Assembly: GCA_000934665.2 (NCBI GenBank)
Contig: JYFJ02004033.1
Span: 1-35,398, forward strand
DNA length: 35,398 bases
Direction of reading: 5' to 3'
Source of the DNA: Catajapyx aquilonaris
Lineage: Eukaryota
Position numbers and translations under genes: made by a program. The notes beneath the pieces are model-generated. The model did no database searches. It worked only from the letters and a program-made list of their open reading frames with translations, and was not told the origin of the DNA. This document shows positions 12,979-24,050 of this stretch, piece by piece. The number at the start of each line of letters is the position of its first letter. Position 1 is the stretch's first letter.

Positions 12979-13074
12979 ACACTATAGTGTGTAGTTTAAT
13001 GAAGGGTTTTGCACATTTTTAGATCAGAATGGAATATTTGTTAATTTCCCTAAGGATAAGATGCCTGCTTGTAG

Positions 13075-13434
13075 AAGGTGTTCCGAAGTCGGCCTGTTTC
13101 AGCGAGTAATATTAGCACTAACCTGCTTTCTATTAAGCAGATTTTTACTTTTAAGGGTTATCAAATATATTGACTGGGAATGCTAGGTTTAAGGGATAAA
13201 TTTTAAATCACTGCAGGCAGGCGGGTGTGTAGCTTGCAAATAATGGCTTTAACTCTTGACCACTGATGCCACGGATTGTCAATTTTTCATTCTCAATACT
13301 CGTACTGTCGTACACTTAAAAATTCATTGCAATCTACGACTGAAAGGATCCTTCCCATTCACCTGAATACTAGTCAGAAACAAAAATTCCATAGCCACTA
13401 AAAGCTTGTGACAGTCACTAACTGGAACACCCTG
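13075..13434. mobile_element. Degenerate MITE related to 11669-12074
   Basis: Left aaggtgttcc and right ggaacaccctg. Shares taagcag...ttacttttaa.ggttatcaaa with the family. Confidence 0.55.
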
Positions 13435-13496
13435 CATATATGGTTTCTCAGAAGCATAAATAAATTAGGAGGGCATAGTTACAAGCTTCATCATGA

Positions 13497-13589
13497 TGAT
13501 AATGATTGATATATAATAAAAATAATAAAAGAAGAATAAATATAATAATAAAAATAATAAAAGAAGAATAAATATAATAATAATAATAA

Positions 13590-13667
<78 letters not shown>
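13497..13667. repeat. (AAT)n microsatellite with degenerate duplicated left part
   Basis: Pure AAT run ~13594-13667, preceded by two copies of taataaaaataataaaagaagaataaatataataa. Confidence 0.95.
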
Positions 13668-13669
<2 letters not shown>

Positions 13670-13899
13670 GTTGGCTTGCACTCACATATAAAATGCTCTG
13701 CTTTCACAACATTTGCGACATAACTTAGGGTCAGCAGAGCTTGTAATGAATTTTGAATGGAAATGTCACCTACCTTTTTCTCTTCTTAGTCAAAGCCAAA
13801 GCATATTACAATATTTTGAAAACATTCAACTCAAAAGAGTATAATTCATGGCTAACATTACGTCCATTTCAGGCGAAGATGAAAGAACTTCTTAATAAA

Positions 13900-14150
13900 T
13901 AATAATAATGGATACCCCGTGATAGGCCTCCTTGGGCCTTTTCAGGCGATCTACTCTTCATTCACCGACTTGATTCATTTGCCTGTCCTGTGATAGGTTT
14001 TGAATGTGGCAGGAAACAAGAGAACCCAGAGAAAACCCATCGAAACTCGATCCACATTGTAAGCATCCTCTGTCCGATACAGGAATTGAACTCAGGTCCT
14101 TAGAGGTGTAAGGCTGTGGTGCTAACCACTATACGCCACTGCATCGCCCA
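13900..14150 (-). mobile_element. tRNA-derived SINE, same family as 18714-18967
   Basis: Reverse complement has gtggttagcacc...gagttcaattcc head, gggttttctctgggttctc core and aggcccaaggaggcctatcacggggtatcc(att)n tail. Imperfect TSD cttc(t)taataaa on both sides. Confidence 0.9.
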
Positions 14151-14317
14151 TCTTCTAATAAACCTAAACCAACATTGCCAAACTTCACACACATTTTTTT
14201 TTTTTTTTTTTTTTAAGTACTGTCTAATTCAGAAACTCCAGTTGGTGCCCCACAGGGCCATGCAACTATGCTTAAGGCTCAACTCATATTTCTGAAGCTT
14301 TACACTGTACTGCCCAA

Positions 14318-15497
14318 GGGGTATGTCACTTGATATTTGATATATGATGGACTTTGGATTCACAGGAGTCTGACAGAACTTTTCACTGAAATTTACTTCA
14401 CACCCAAATTCACACCTACACAAGGTGAAGGGAAACTCGCACCCAATTGCCAGGTAGACTGATAGTACTCGCAAAACTAATATAGAGATGGAAATTAGTT
14501 TTGAGCACTGGTGCGTAGTTCATGCGTACAGCGCCTTTAAAGTGTAGAGGGCCATGTGGTAAGATATGAGGTAAAAACGAGAAAGTGCACGGGTGTTGTA
14601 CCTGGATTCTTACTCTGACGGGATTTTACAGGGTGTTTCAGAGTCACAGGTCAAGAGCTTGCGAGGGGGTGGGGAAAAATCGTAGGTGGCGACAACCCCG
14701 GTCGGTTTTATAAAACAATTAGAAATACGGGAGTAATCAATTATTTTATTACGGCATGACGTCACAGCCTTTCTGTTCGAATTGACTGGCGCGGACTGGC
14801 AGGTGCAGTGGGTTGAACCTGGTGGAATGGCTTTTTAGCCTTGCGGGTTGCACTGAAAAAGGTGCTCTCATGCTATACCGGCAGGGTACTGTACACACTA
14901 CTTAGTACTTCGTTACTTAGTACACTACTTTGTACAGTACCCTACCGGTATAGCATGAGAGCGCCTTTTTCAGTGCAACCCGCAAGGCTAAAAAGCCGTT
15001 CCACCAGGTTCAACCCACTGCACCTGCCAGTCCGCGCCAGTCAATTCGAACAGAAAGGATGTGACGTCACGCCGTAATAAAATAATTGATTACTCCCGTA
15101 TTTCTAATTGTTTTATAAAACCGACCGGGGTTGTCGCCACCTACGATTTTTCCCCACCCCCTCGCTTGCGCTTGACCCGTGACTCTGAAACACCCTGTAT
15201 ATTGCCTATTGCACCTGAACGATGCATTAGGGGACCAAGGCCGGATTATTCGGAGGCCCTTGAGCGGACTTTTGCTTCTTTGAAACTGGCGAAGCAGATA
15301 TGACATCATGAAACTGTAAAGGCGCAGTAAGAATTAACTACGCTACGGCACCCAAAACTAATTGCACATACCTATATTAGTTTTGCGAGGACTATCAGTC
15401 TACCTGGCGATTGGGCGAGAGTTTCCCTTCACCCTGTTTTGAAGTCCAGTCAGACTTCTGGCAAAGAGTATAATGCACTTCCAATGTGACTTACCCC
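14318..15497. mobile_element. Older foldback DNA element hosting the 14629-15197 insertion
   Basis: Arms 14423-14485 and 15372-15433 are near-complementary. Further matches caggagtctgac/gtcagacttctg and ggggtatgtcac/gtgacttacccc extend it outward; outer limits are approximate. Confidence 0.75.
14629..15197. mobile_element. Young 569-bp Tc1/mariner-type foldback element
   Basis: TA|CAGGGTGTTTCAGAGTCAC ... GTGACTCTGAAACACCCTG|TA. Arms 14629-14895 and 14931-15197 (~267 bp) differ at about 9 positions by my count; 35-bp spacer. Confidence 0.95.
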
Positions 15498-15517
15498 TCA
15501 CATTACCCCAAATACCA

Positions 15518-15700
15518 GGGTGACACTGTAGCGTAGTGGCTAATGTCGCAGCCTTCTGCCTGAGGTCCCACATTTGATCACTAGGTTGGAAAGAAAATGT
15601 TCCCATATGGAAGAGTTTTGAGGGGGGGGGGGGGTTANGGGTTATCTCCATGTTCGTGTGGGTTTTCTCGGGGTTGTCCCATTTCCTCCCACATTCATAA
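15518..15700 (+). mobile_element. Decayed, 3'-truncated SINE of the 18714 family
   Basis: tagcgtagtggctaa...gcagccttc...aggtccc head and ggttatctccatgttcgtgtgggttttctcgggg core. Contains a poly-G run and an N at 15638. Confidence 0.8.
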
Positions 15701-16332
15701 ACCTATTTCTTCCCCTTACCTGACCCATATCAGATAACCTTTGCTTTGGCTCTCCTAATAAACCAGATCAAACTCTCAATCCCATCCACCAGTGGAAATT
15801 TTGTATAGGAGGTGAAAATCCATTGATATAAAGTATCAAAGAAGCTACTGATGGGAGATTTCATGCACATAAATCTGTGCCAAGCAAAACGTGCGTGATG
15901 AAATACTTCGGAACAGAAAGTCCATCAGTTTTACATATTTCACATCTTTAGTTGGCACCATGGCACAACTTTTGCACTGAACTGTTTAGTGATAAAGACA
16001 AGGATCTTATAAATTCCCTAATTACTATTATTATCCTTTAAACTTTATTATCCTTTAAAATGTTATTGAAGGTAGAGAATTCTTCCAAGTGACTGTGGTA
16101 ATTTTATTCCATAAAATGATTATTATTTTCTTTACACAGTTACACCTGTCAATCTATCGGACACCACACTTGCCCCACACAAACAAATTGATTTCGCTTT
16201 AAATTTTTCAGCAAACAATATGTCAAATGAGCAAGTAGCCACATCTTATTACTTTCCCTCTAACATATCAACCCAAGTTCTTGCGTGTGCAAAGCGTGCA
16301 TTGGTCTCTCACCCTAGGAGTATAAAAATACC

Positions 16333-16625
16333 TACCCCACCCCAGCACTTGAATCCTGGGGCAGTTGATAGAAATTCCCACTGCAGCCGCAGGTGAGGTC
16401 CATCAGTCGCAGCGGCCAAACTTGACGGCAGAGAGTGAAGCCTCAAGAACCAATGCTGCAGTGGTGTCAAGGTGCCCCAATGGATGTTTTTTGGGAGCCA
16501 TGAAGCAGGCTTCCAGAGCATCAGAATAAGCTGACTTGTTAAGATGCAACTTCAAGAAGTCAGGGAGCCCAGTAGCTGCTCACTTGCTCATCTACTCTAT
16601 GATCCAAAGTGCTGGGGTGGGGGTA
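16333..16625. repeat. Dispersed inverted repeat, probably an old MITE
   Basis: taccccaccccagcactt (16333-16350) vs aagtgctggggtgggggta (16607-16625). Confidence 0.5.
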
Positions 16626-17471
16626 CCTTCTCCGTTGCATTTCTTGTTGAGACCAGTGCACGTTATGTCTGATTGTAACTTGAGCCAGTTCCTCAATATT
16701 GTAATGGTGTCAGCTGGACTCACTAAACCACTGTAACAAATGTGGTGCAACTATTACATAAACCAACCCATTAAAAAAAAAGTCTTGTTGCATTACTGAG
16801 TAAAAGTTCACTCATATTATGTTAATACAGTTGGGTCCTATGGACAAAATCAGCCACTTGAAATAATAATTTACTGGAAAAGCAGGATCCCTCCCATTCG
16901 AGTTAAAATAATTTTGCAGTCCAATAAATAATGCTGTCAATTAATATGGCCTGTACTCTAGATAAGCTATCAGCATTACTTCAATAAAAATTAGTGCATA
17001 CCAAATATTATTTAAATGACCTCTTCTATTGCAATGCTTGATGAAGCAAATGGAATTTACTTGATTGGCCTATCAACAAGAATCCTGCTCACTCGACAAA
17101 TACCGCCATCACAGGGGGCATCACTTTCCGGGGCATGCATCTATTCACCCAGTATTACACTGCTACAGCATCCAAAAGGAAATGCAAGAAGGTTTTAATT
17201 TCTCATAATTTACTCTGCATATTTCTTGGTCATTCACCACCTTTTGGCATATAATTTTGCATTGTTTCATTACAGGTCAGCATATTACAGTGTTATACAC
17301 TTACGTATCATGTGATAGGAGCATAATACTTCTTGAGTATTTCCTTTAACATTGAAATGCGCCCATCTATTGGAAAATGTGCAAAATAAATGCTGTCTGT
17401 GAGAGACAGAGCTACAGTCCTACTAAGGTACTGATCCTTTTTTTGTACTCTTTAATAATATCACACACTGA

Positions 17472-17764
17472 GGGGGAGGCATGGTGTCTGGTAGTTACGC
17501 CACTGGCCAGCCAAGCGGGAGGCTGGGGTTCAAATCCCGTCCCCGTCACCTCTGCTTGGCCGGGTCTTTTTCGGCTTTTCACCCGACATGCCGGGGCAGA
17601 ATTGCACTCCCTACTCTGCCCAGGGCCAGGAGAAAAGGTCTGGTGTATTTCAGAAAGTCATAAATGACTGTAATTACAGCGCCATCCCTTGGGACCCTCC
17701 CCTTCCCCCCTAAAAGGGCTCCGCCCTATCACGGGGTAAATTTAAATTATTATTATTTATTATT

Positions 17765-17823
<59 letters not shown>
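17472..17823 (+). mobile_element. Full-length tRNA-derived SINE (tRNA-Gly(GCC)-like head) with (ATT)/(AAT)n tail
   Basis: Head gcatggtgtctggtagtt...gccagccaagcgggaggctggggttcaaatccc resembles tRNA-Gly(GCC). 3' end ccctatcacggggta. 19-bp TSD taataatatcacacactga at 17453-17471 and 17824-17842. Confidence 0.92.
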
Positions 17824-17831
<8 letters not shown>

Positions 17832-17998
17832 TCACACACTGATTGCACTGACAAGTAGCAATTAAATCCCATAACCGTACCATTCTTGCCAATTCTGAAT
17901 AACACCATTGATTCAAACTTTCTAAATTCAGAAATATAATTATCGGTTAAAAATAATCTCTGATGCCTTTCCTTTGGCCAATTATTGCTTTTTAAATA

Positions 17999-18693
17999 CA
18001 GGGTCATCGAAAAAAAAATGTCCCAATTTGAAAACCCTATAACTCGGAAACTTGTAGACATATCTGCATGATCTAAGTTTTGAAATTCTAAGAAAGGTCT
18101 AAGGTTTAGGTCGATTTGAGCTTCATGTGTCGCTCGGCAGATTTAAAAGGCAGTAATAGGTGTTGTGTCAAACCCTATCAAACATATCTGGAGTTACCGT
18201 TGCAATCCTATCCAGTAGGTGCTGGATATCTTGGCTCTTTACACCCCACACATTGTTCTTGATGATTCACATAAAAAGTCACCTCATCCATGAAACAAAC
18301 CTGCCATAGGAAAGTTTAATTTGTTCAGCCCCCCACTGTGCGAAGTCTTGAATGAGAAATTTCGCCATGCTTAGCCCCTCCAGAAGCCCAGATCTTACCC
18401 TTTTGGACTGTTTTGTGGAGACACATGTATGGTGAAAAGATCCGGCATCACCAGCACCTACGGGATAAGATTGCAACAGTAACGCCAGACATGCCTGAGC
18501 GGGTTTGGCATGACACCAATGTATTTAAATTTTTCGAGCCGCGACAAATGGAGCTCATGTCGAAACAAATTATGGTAAACCCAAAACTTTATAGACACTT
18601 CTGAGCATTTCAAAACTTAAATCATTTAGATATGTCTGCAAGTTTTCGAGTTATATAGCTTTCAAATTGGGACATTCTTTTTCGATGACACTG
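17999..18693. mobile_element. Tc1/mariner-derived foldback element containing a transposase C-terminal remnant
   Basis: TA|CAGGGTCATCGAAAAA ... TTTTTCGATGACACTG|TA with ~250-bp imperfect arms. 18375-18510 translates as PSRSPDLTLLDCFV then (frameshift) MYGEKIRHHQHLRDKIATVTPDMPERVWH, matching the WPPRSPDLTPLDFFLWG...VY...L...I...ITP.ML.RVW region of Tc1/mariner-superfamily transposases. Confidence 0.9.
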
Positions 18694-18713
18694 TATATTT
18701 CATCCCAAAATAT

Positions 18714-18967
18714 GTGACACCATGGCAGAGTGGTTAGCGCAGCAGCCTTCCCCCTCTAAGGTCCCGAGTTCGATCCCCGGGTCGGACAGAGGATACTTAT
18801 GGGGACAGAGTTTCGATTGGTTATCTCCGTGTTCGCGTGGGTTTTCTCAGGGTTCTCCCGTTTCCTCCCGCAATCAAAATCCATCACAGCAAAGGCAATG
18901 ATTAAAGATGGTTATTCTAAGAGGCCCAAGGAGGCCTATCATGGGGTATCCATTATTATTATTATTA
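18714..18967 (+). mobile_element. Full-length tRNA-derived SINE with V/Meta-domain-like core
   Basis: A box tggcagagtgg, B box gagttcgatccc, core tctccgtgttcgcgtgggttttctcagggttctcccgtttcctccc, tail ggcctatcatggggtatcc(att)n. 14-bp TSD tcatcccaaaatat at 18700-18713 and 18968-18981. Confidence 0.93.
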
Positions 18968-19207
18968 TCATCCCAAAATATCATTCAAGGTAAATAATTA
19001 TGAGATTTGTGATGCCAAGGAATCTACATCACATGTATATAAAACCATGACTATGAGTCAAGGTCTCTAAAATAACAACATGAATGTAATAAAATGAGGG
19101 AAGCCAGCTTCAGTTTTCTTGACCCTTTCAAATATATATGGTATTCCACATGCTACACAGGGGTGACACGAGTACTTACATACATGTGGGTTATATTACG
19201 ATCTTAA

Positions 19208-20679
19208 CCACTTCGCCCCAAGCTATACCGCTATCGCCTAGATTTTAATTTCTGTTCAACTTATGTGTACTCTGAAGCTAAGGACAAGATATTTTACAAA
19301 TAATCACAGCTATACTTACACATTCATGATACACTATGAGTGTGTTTGGAACAATTTTCCATGTCTAGAAGTCCCTAAATTAATTTCCAAAAAGTGCACT
19401 GCAAAGTACCAGCAATATTTCTATTGCCTAGATTTTAACTTACACATATTCTGAAGATAAGGACAAGATATTTTAAAAACAATAATAGCTATCACGTTCA
19501 TGGAAAATACTATGAATGTGTATGGAACCATTTTCCTCTTCTAGAAGTCCCTAAATTAATTTCCAAAGAGATCGCCACAGAGTACCAACGCCTAGATTTT
19601 CAATTACACATACTCTGAAGTTGGACAATCCATTTTACGAATAATAACAGCTATACTTACACATTCATGGAAAACACTATGAATGTGTTGGAAGAATTTT
19701 CTTCATCTAGAAGTCCCTAAATTAATTTTCAAAAAGAAGGCTGCAGAGTGCCTATACCGCCAGCGTCTTGATTTTTGCCCGCACACACACTTACTCCGAA
19801 GATAAGGACAAAACATTTTACAAATAATATCAGCTATACTTACACGTTCATTGAAAACACTATGAATGCATTTGGAACCATTTTACTCGTCTAAAAGGCT
19901 CTAAATTAATTTTCAAAAGTAATAACATCAAATTCAAGTACTACCGGCCAACCTTTAGACCATCGCATCACCTAGGTTTTCGCTTACACATACTCTGAAG
20001 ATAAGAACAAGATATTTTACATATAACAACAGTTGTACTTGCGCATTCATAGGAAACACTTGTCACATACACAACATTCACTATGAATGCGTTTGGAACC
20101 ATTTTCACTCGTCGAGAAGTCCCCAAAAGATCGCAGTAAAAACTCGATTTTCGAGCACTACCAGCCAACTGTTAGGCTGATTTAATTATGAAATATGTTA
20201 AAATATACTGAATATTCCTTATATTTTAATGCATTTCAAGTATTTACCTACCTTGAGAACCGTGCCAGATGAATTTGCAGAAATAGTCGTACTTTGCGAG
20301 AATTAAATAAATGACGAAGTTTTCCGAAGTAACAGGAAAGCCTCAGAGTAGTATTAATTCAATTCTCGCAGAGTACAATGATTTCAGCAAATTAATCTGG
20401 CAGTTCTCAAGGTAGGTATTCCGTATATTTTAAAGTAATTCATAATTAAACCAGCCTAACAGTTGGCCAGTAGTTCTCGAATTTCTATTTTTACAGCGAT
20501 CTTTTTGGAAATTAATTTAGAAACTTCTAGATGAGGAAATTAGTTCCAAGCACATTCATAGTGTTTTCCATGAACATGTAAATATCGCTGCTATTATTTG
20601 TAAAATATCTTGTCCTTATCTCTAGAGAACGCGTTAGTGAAAATCTAGGCAATGGCAGGTGTATCTGGGGGCAAAGGGG
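19208..20679. mobile_element. piggyBac-type (TTAA) foldback element with a tandemly amplified left arm
   Basis: TTAA|CCACTTCGCCCCAAG ... CTGGGGGCAAAGGGG|TTAA. The right arm 20353-20679 is complementary to ~19970-20312. Five tandem 164-206 bp units start at ~19236, 19426, 19590, 19763 and 19971. Confidence 0.9.
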
Positions 20680-22575
20680 TTAACATGGTCTCGCATACCC
20701 TTGAACAAACAATGGGCTCATAAGAATATTTCTTGATTAATCCTACATTACACAGTAACGATGATAAACTGACAAGCTGCATTTTCTTTCATAAGACCCT
20801 TGCACAATATATTACTTGCAAGTTGTGGATAAAATATTTCATCATTCTGTCTTGCCTTGCAAGCAGTGAGACTACATGACAATACACACTGTCGGGGAGA
20901 GTAGAATTTGTAACACGTACTTAAAACAATTCCCAAGTCAAAATCACTATTTCACTACAGAATGTTTCAAATTAATCGATTTTGAATTATGAAAGGGTAA
21001 CACCAATTAAAATTTACATAATAATATTGGTCAAATAAGTGCCCTGGAATAGCTGTCAGCAAAATAATGCTTCCTACTTCTTCCACCTCCAAACCAAGCT
21101 TGCATCAATATCATCACGCATAGTAATTACCTGTTTAGTTCAGAAAGCCCACAGGATAGGACCCTAGGTAATATATCATAAAAATGAACTAGGTGTCATT
21201 TTGTTGCACTCACTGCTACATTGACACTTATATAACTTCGGGAAAGCTACTGCACCTCACTACAATGCTTACTAAAACATGCTATATCTTAAATTTGGCA
21301 TCATCCAATAGGCTGCACACGTACACATGCACAACAATTATTTTCTAACATCTATTGTACGCCAGCAATCCCTACAACAGTGTTGAAACGGACAATACCT
21401 TTCATCACACCTGGCAATACAAAAACCAGTAACTATGACTCTGCACTTATTCCCATGAATTCTTATGCTCAGCTGTTTCTAATGCATGCTTCACGGCCAC
21501 ATTTCAATGTCAAGGCCATGCCTGATAAACTCCCCCTCCCCTATTTCCCCCCTCCTCATTATGCCTTTTCAAACCAAACCCACGTAATCACTCGCACCGA
21601 AGCCAATCGCCACGAACATCTTAGAAACGATCCGCAAACGCAAAATGGAACACTTGCTAAAACCCACTTCCCCTCACCCCCATTTTTTTTTCCTCTCTCT
21701 TCACCTCCTCTCTCTCCTCCACCTTCCCCTACATACCAACTCAGCACTTTGAGTGAAAGCCTCCCCGACACAACCCCCGTCGATCGAAACACACCGCAAC
21801 AACACCCGGCGACACGTTACCATGCACCAACCCATCCGGCGCTTACGTACTATCCCCCCATAAATAAAACACGGTTTAACCCTCCTTACTTGAAACGAGT
21901 GTGCCAACAGCTCATCACTTGAAGAAGCCATTTGCACACAAGGTTACCATACACCCTGTAGCAACCTAGTTCTCCTACATTTAACACCAAATATCCAGTA
22001 CCACACTGGGGATACCCTGTTTGCTATCTATAAAAAAAAGAGAAACGGCAGACACACCGCTGTAGTGAAATCAGCTGATGGCAACTGTGGTCATGCAGAC
22101 CTTGAAATAAACGGCGCCTATCGATTCGTCGCTGGCCAGACAGACCAAAACCGGTCGAGACCTACCACGCACTCCGGCAGAAACCCAGATCGACTTGGGG
22201 ATGACACCGGCTCCTACGGACTCCATTCCGTACCGGAACCTACTTGTTTCGAAGGCTGTGCGCTGAGGAGCAGGGGAGACGGTTCCAGGCAGAGCTCGGG
22301 GGAGGACCATCCCGAGAAAACCCGAGTCCAGCCGAAGTATCCCGAACTTCTCCCAGACGAACTCTAATTTGCCGCTATCTAATTTTCGCGACGTCTGCCG
22401 TATATCCTCCGGAATCCCCCTATCTGCCAGACGGACCTGGGTAGTCCGGATCAGCTTGTTGGATCCGGCCGTGCAGGACACATTCAAATCCGGAGATATA
22501 CCCGGGTTGGCATAAGGAACGTACGGAATCGGGCAGGTAAAACGTGCCCGCCGCGCCGTTTTTAGAATCGCTTAC

Positions 22576-22835
22576 CTGGAATTCGCCCATTGAGTGGATC
22601 GTAGCCAGACGACTGGTAGCGGGAGGGGAGGGAAGGGGAGGGGAAAAGGGATGGGGGGGAAAAGGGAGGGATGGATGAACTGTGCTGGATGCGGCGGCTG
22701 ACCACGGGTCACGTACAGGTCAGAAGAGTAGGCAGGTATACTAGCTGAGGGTAGGCCAGACACTCAGAAGCGGCTAATAGCTTGGGAGACAAGCAAGCTG
22801 AAGCAGCTGAACTAGTGGTCACCTACCGGACAACT
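22576..22835 (-). other. Putative first exon (5' UTR plus MGEFQ) of a host gene
   Basis: Minus strand ATG GGC GAA TTC CAG|GTAAGC (22590-22576, strong donor), within a CpG-rich patch and ~245 nt downstream of an Inr-like TCAGTT (22837-22832). No downstream exon identified. Confidence 0.4.
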
Positions 22836-23150
22836 GAATGGAGCTACAGCACGACCTGCTCTGGCACCTCTCTCTCCCTCCCTCCCTCTCCTGTCTAGGC
22901 CCTCCCTCTCGCCCCCTCCTCCTTTTCCTGTGATCTAATCGGTAATCATAGGATCCCGCCTGCGCACAGGCAGCCGCCGTAATGACTATGCTGGACCAGT
23001 AGACCAGTTGGTCTTCCTTTTTCCTCTCCTTTGCGCCTGTGACCCCAACCCCCCNCCTCTAATGCCCCCTCCCACGAGAGAGAGGGTCACTCCGACGTTC
23101 GCACAAGTCCATTTTGCACCTTGCCGCCATCCACTCCACAGCCAATCAAA
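22832..23150 (-). promoter_or_regulatory. Candidate core promoter / CpG-rich regulatory region
   Basis: Inr-like TCAGTT, GA-rich tracts (22868-22928 on minus; gagagagag ~23076) and CCAAT at ~23142. GC-rich DNA with no recognisable transposon ends. Confidence 0.35.
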
Positions 23151-23405
23151 ACGGGTCTAATAAAAACCATGCGCTGCAAGTCTGACTCCGACAATATTTG
23201 CTGAAGACCTGCTACATTAAGCAACAATTATCATTATCATAAACTACGAGGGTGGCAAAGAGCGTTACGTAATTTATGAACGGTCCCAACTTCCCAGAAG
23301 GAACATGTCCGATCGATAGTGCATTAAGAGAATGAGGGATTTAAAAACCCGGGTCTGATTATATAAAATAGAGAGGGTATATGACAAGTTGTTACTCTCT
23401 ATATT

Positions 23406-23480
23406 AGTAAAGGTGCGAATGTGTCGCACTACACTTGTCTCGTCGAGACAAGTGTAGTGCGACACATTCGCACCTTTACT
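23406..23480. repeat. Perfect palindrome: 37-bp arms, 1-nt centre
   Basis: agtaaaggtgcgaatgtgtcgcactacacttgtctcg-t-cgagacaagtgtagtgcgacacattcgcacctttact. Confidence 0.97.
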
Positions 23481-23923
23481 CATATGACGGCTCGGGAGGT
23501 TATAACGTGTTGATATTCAGGTGGGGAGACCTCTGTCGTGTTTACTCTCCGATTAGTTACTGTCGTTCCGTCGGTGTCCACAGAGATGTGTGAATGATTA
23601 GTCTCCTGCGTAATGGGAGCCGTGTAACCTATAGAGTCCAACTGTTTGCCTATCTATACGGTATGTTTGCACTGACTTACGGCATTTGCCTGAGTCATTT
23701 GCTGTTTAGTTTGAACGGCTTTGTGTATGTCCTCCAGCCCAATTGCAGCAAATGAACATGCAAATATTCTCGATAAACAAGACCGGTGCGGTGCGGTGGC
23801 GTGAAATGACCTGACTAACCGGCATATGAACAGGAAAGGTCATATCCTGATAGTTATACCTCACTTTGTGAGACACACGGGTGGGCTGCATACCAGGATA
23901 GTTGACTGAACGAGAGAGCATTG

Positions 23924-24050
23924 TATAGATCGGTCACTATACGAACGCAACCGAGTTGCCAATTTTATTATAGGAAGGAATACAGTTTGTAATAAAATTC
24001 CAGTAATAAAATTGGCCACTCGGTTGCGTTCGTATAGTGACCGATCTATA
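23924..24050. mobile_element. Hairpin MITE with 47-bp arms
   Basis: 23924-23970 vs 24004-24050 differ at one position; TA at both ends; 33-bp spacer. Confidence 0.9.

Noticed and set aside
22071..22487. 138-aa minus-strand ORF in the GC-rich patch
   Set aside because: No recognisable domain, and open frames are expected by chance in GC-rich DNA (overlapping plus-strand ORFs exist too).
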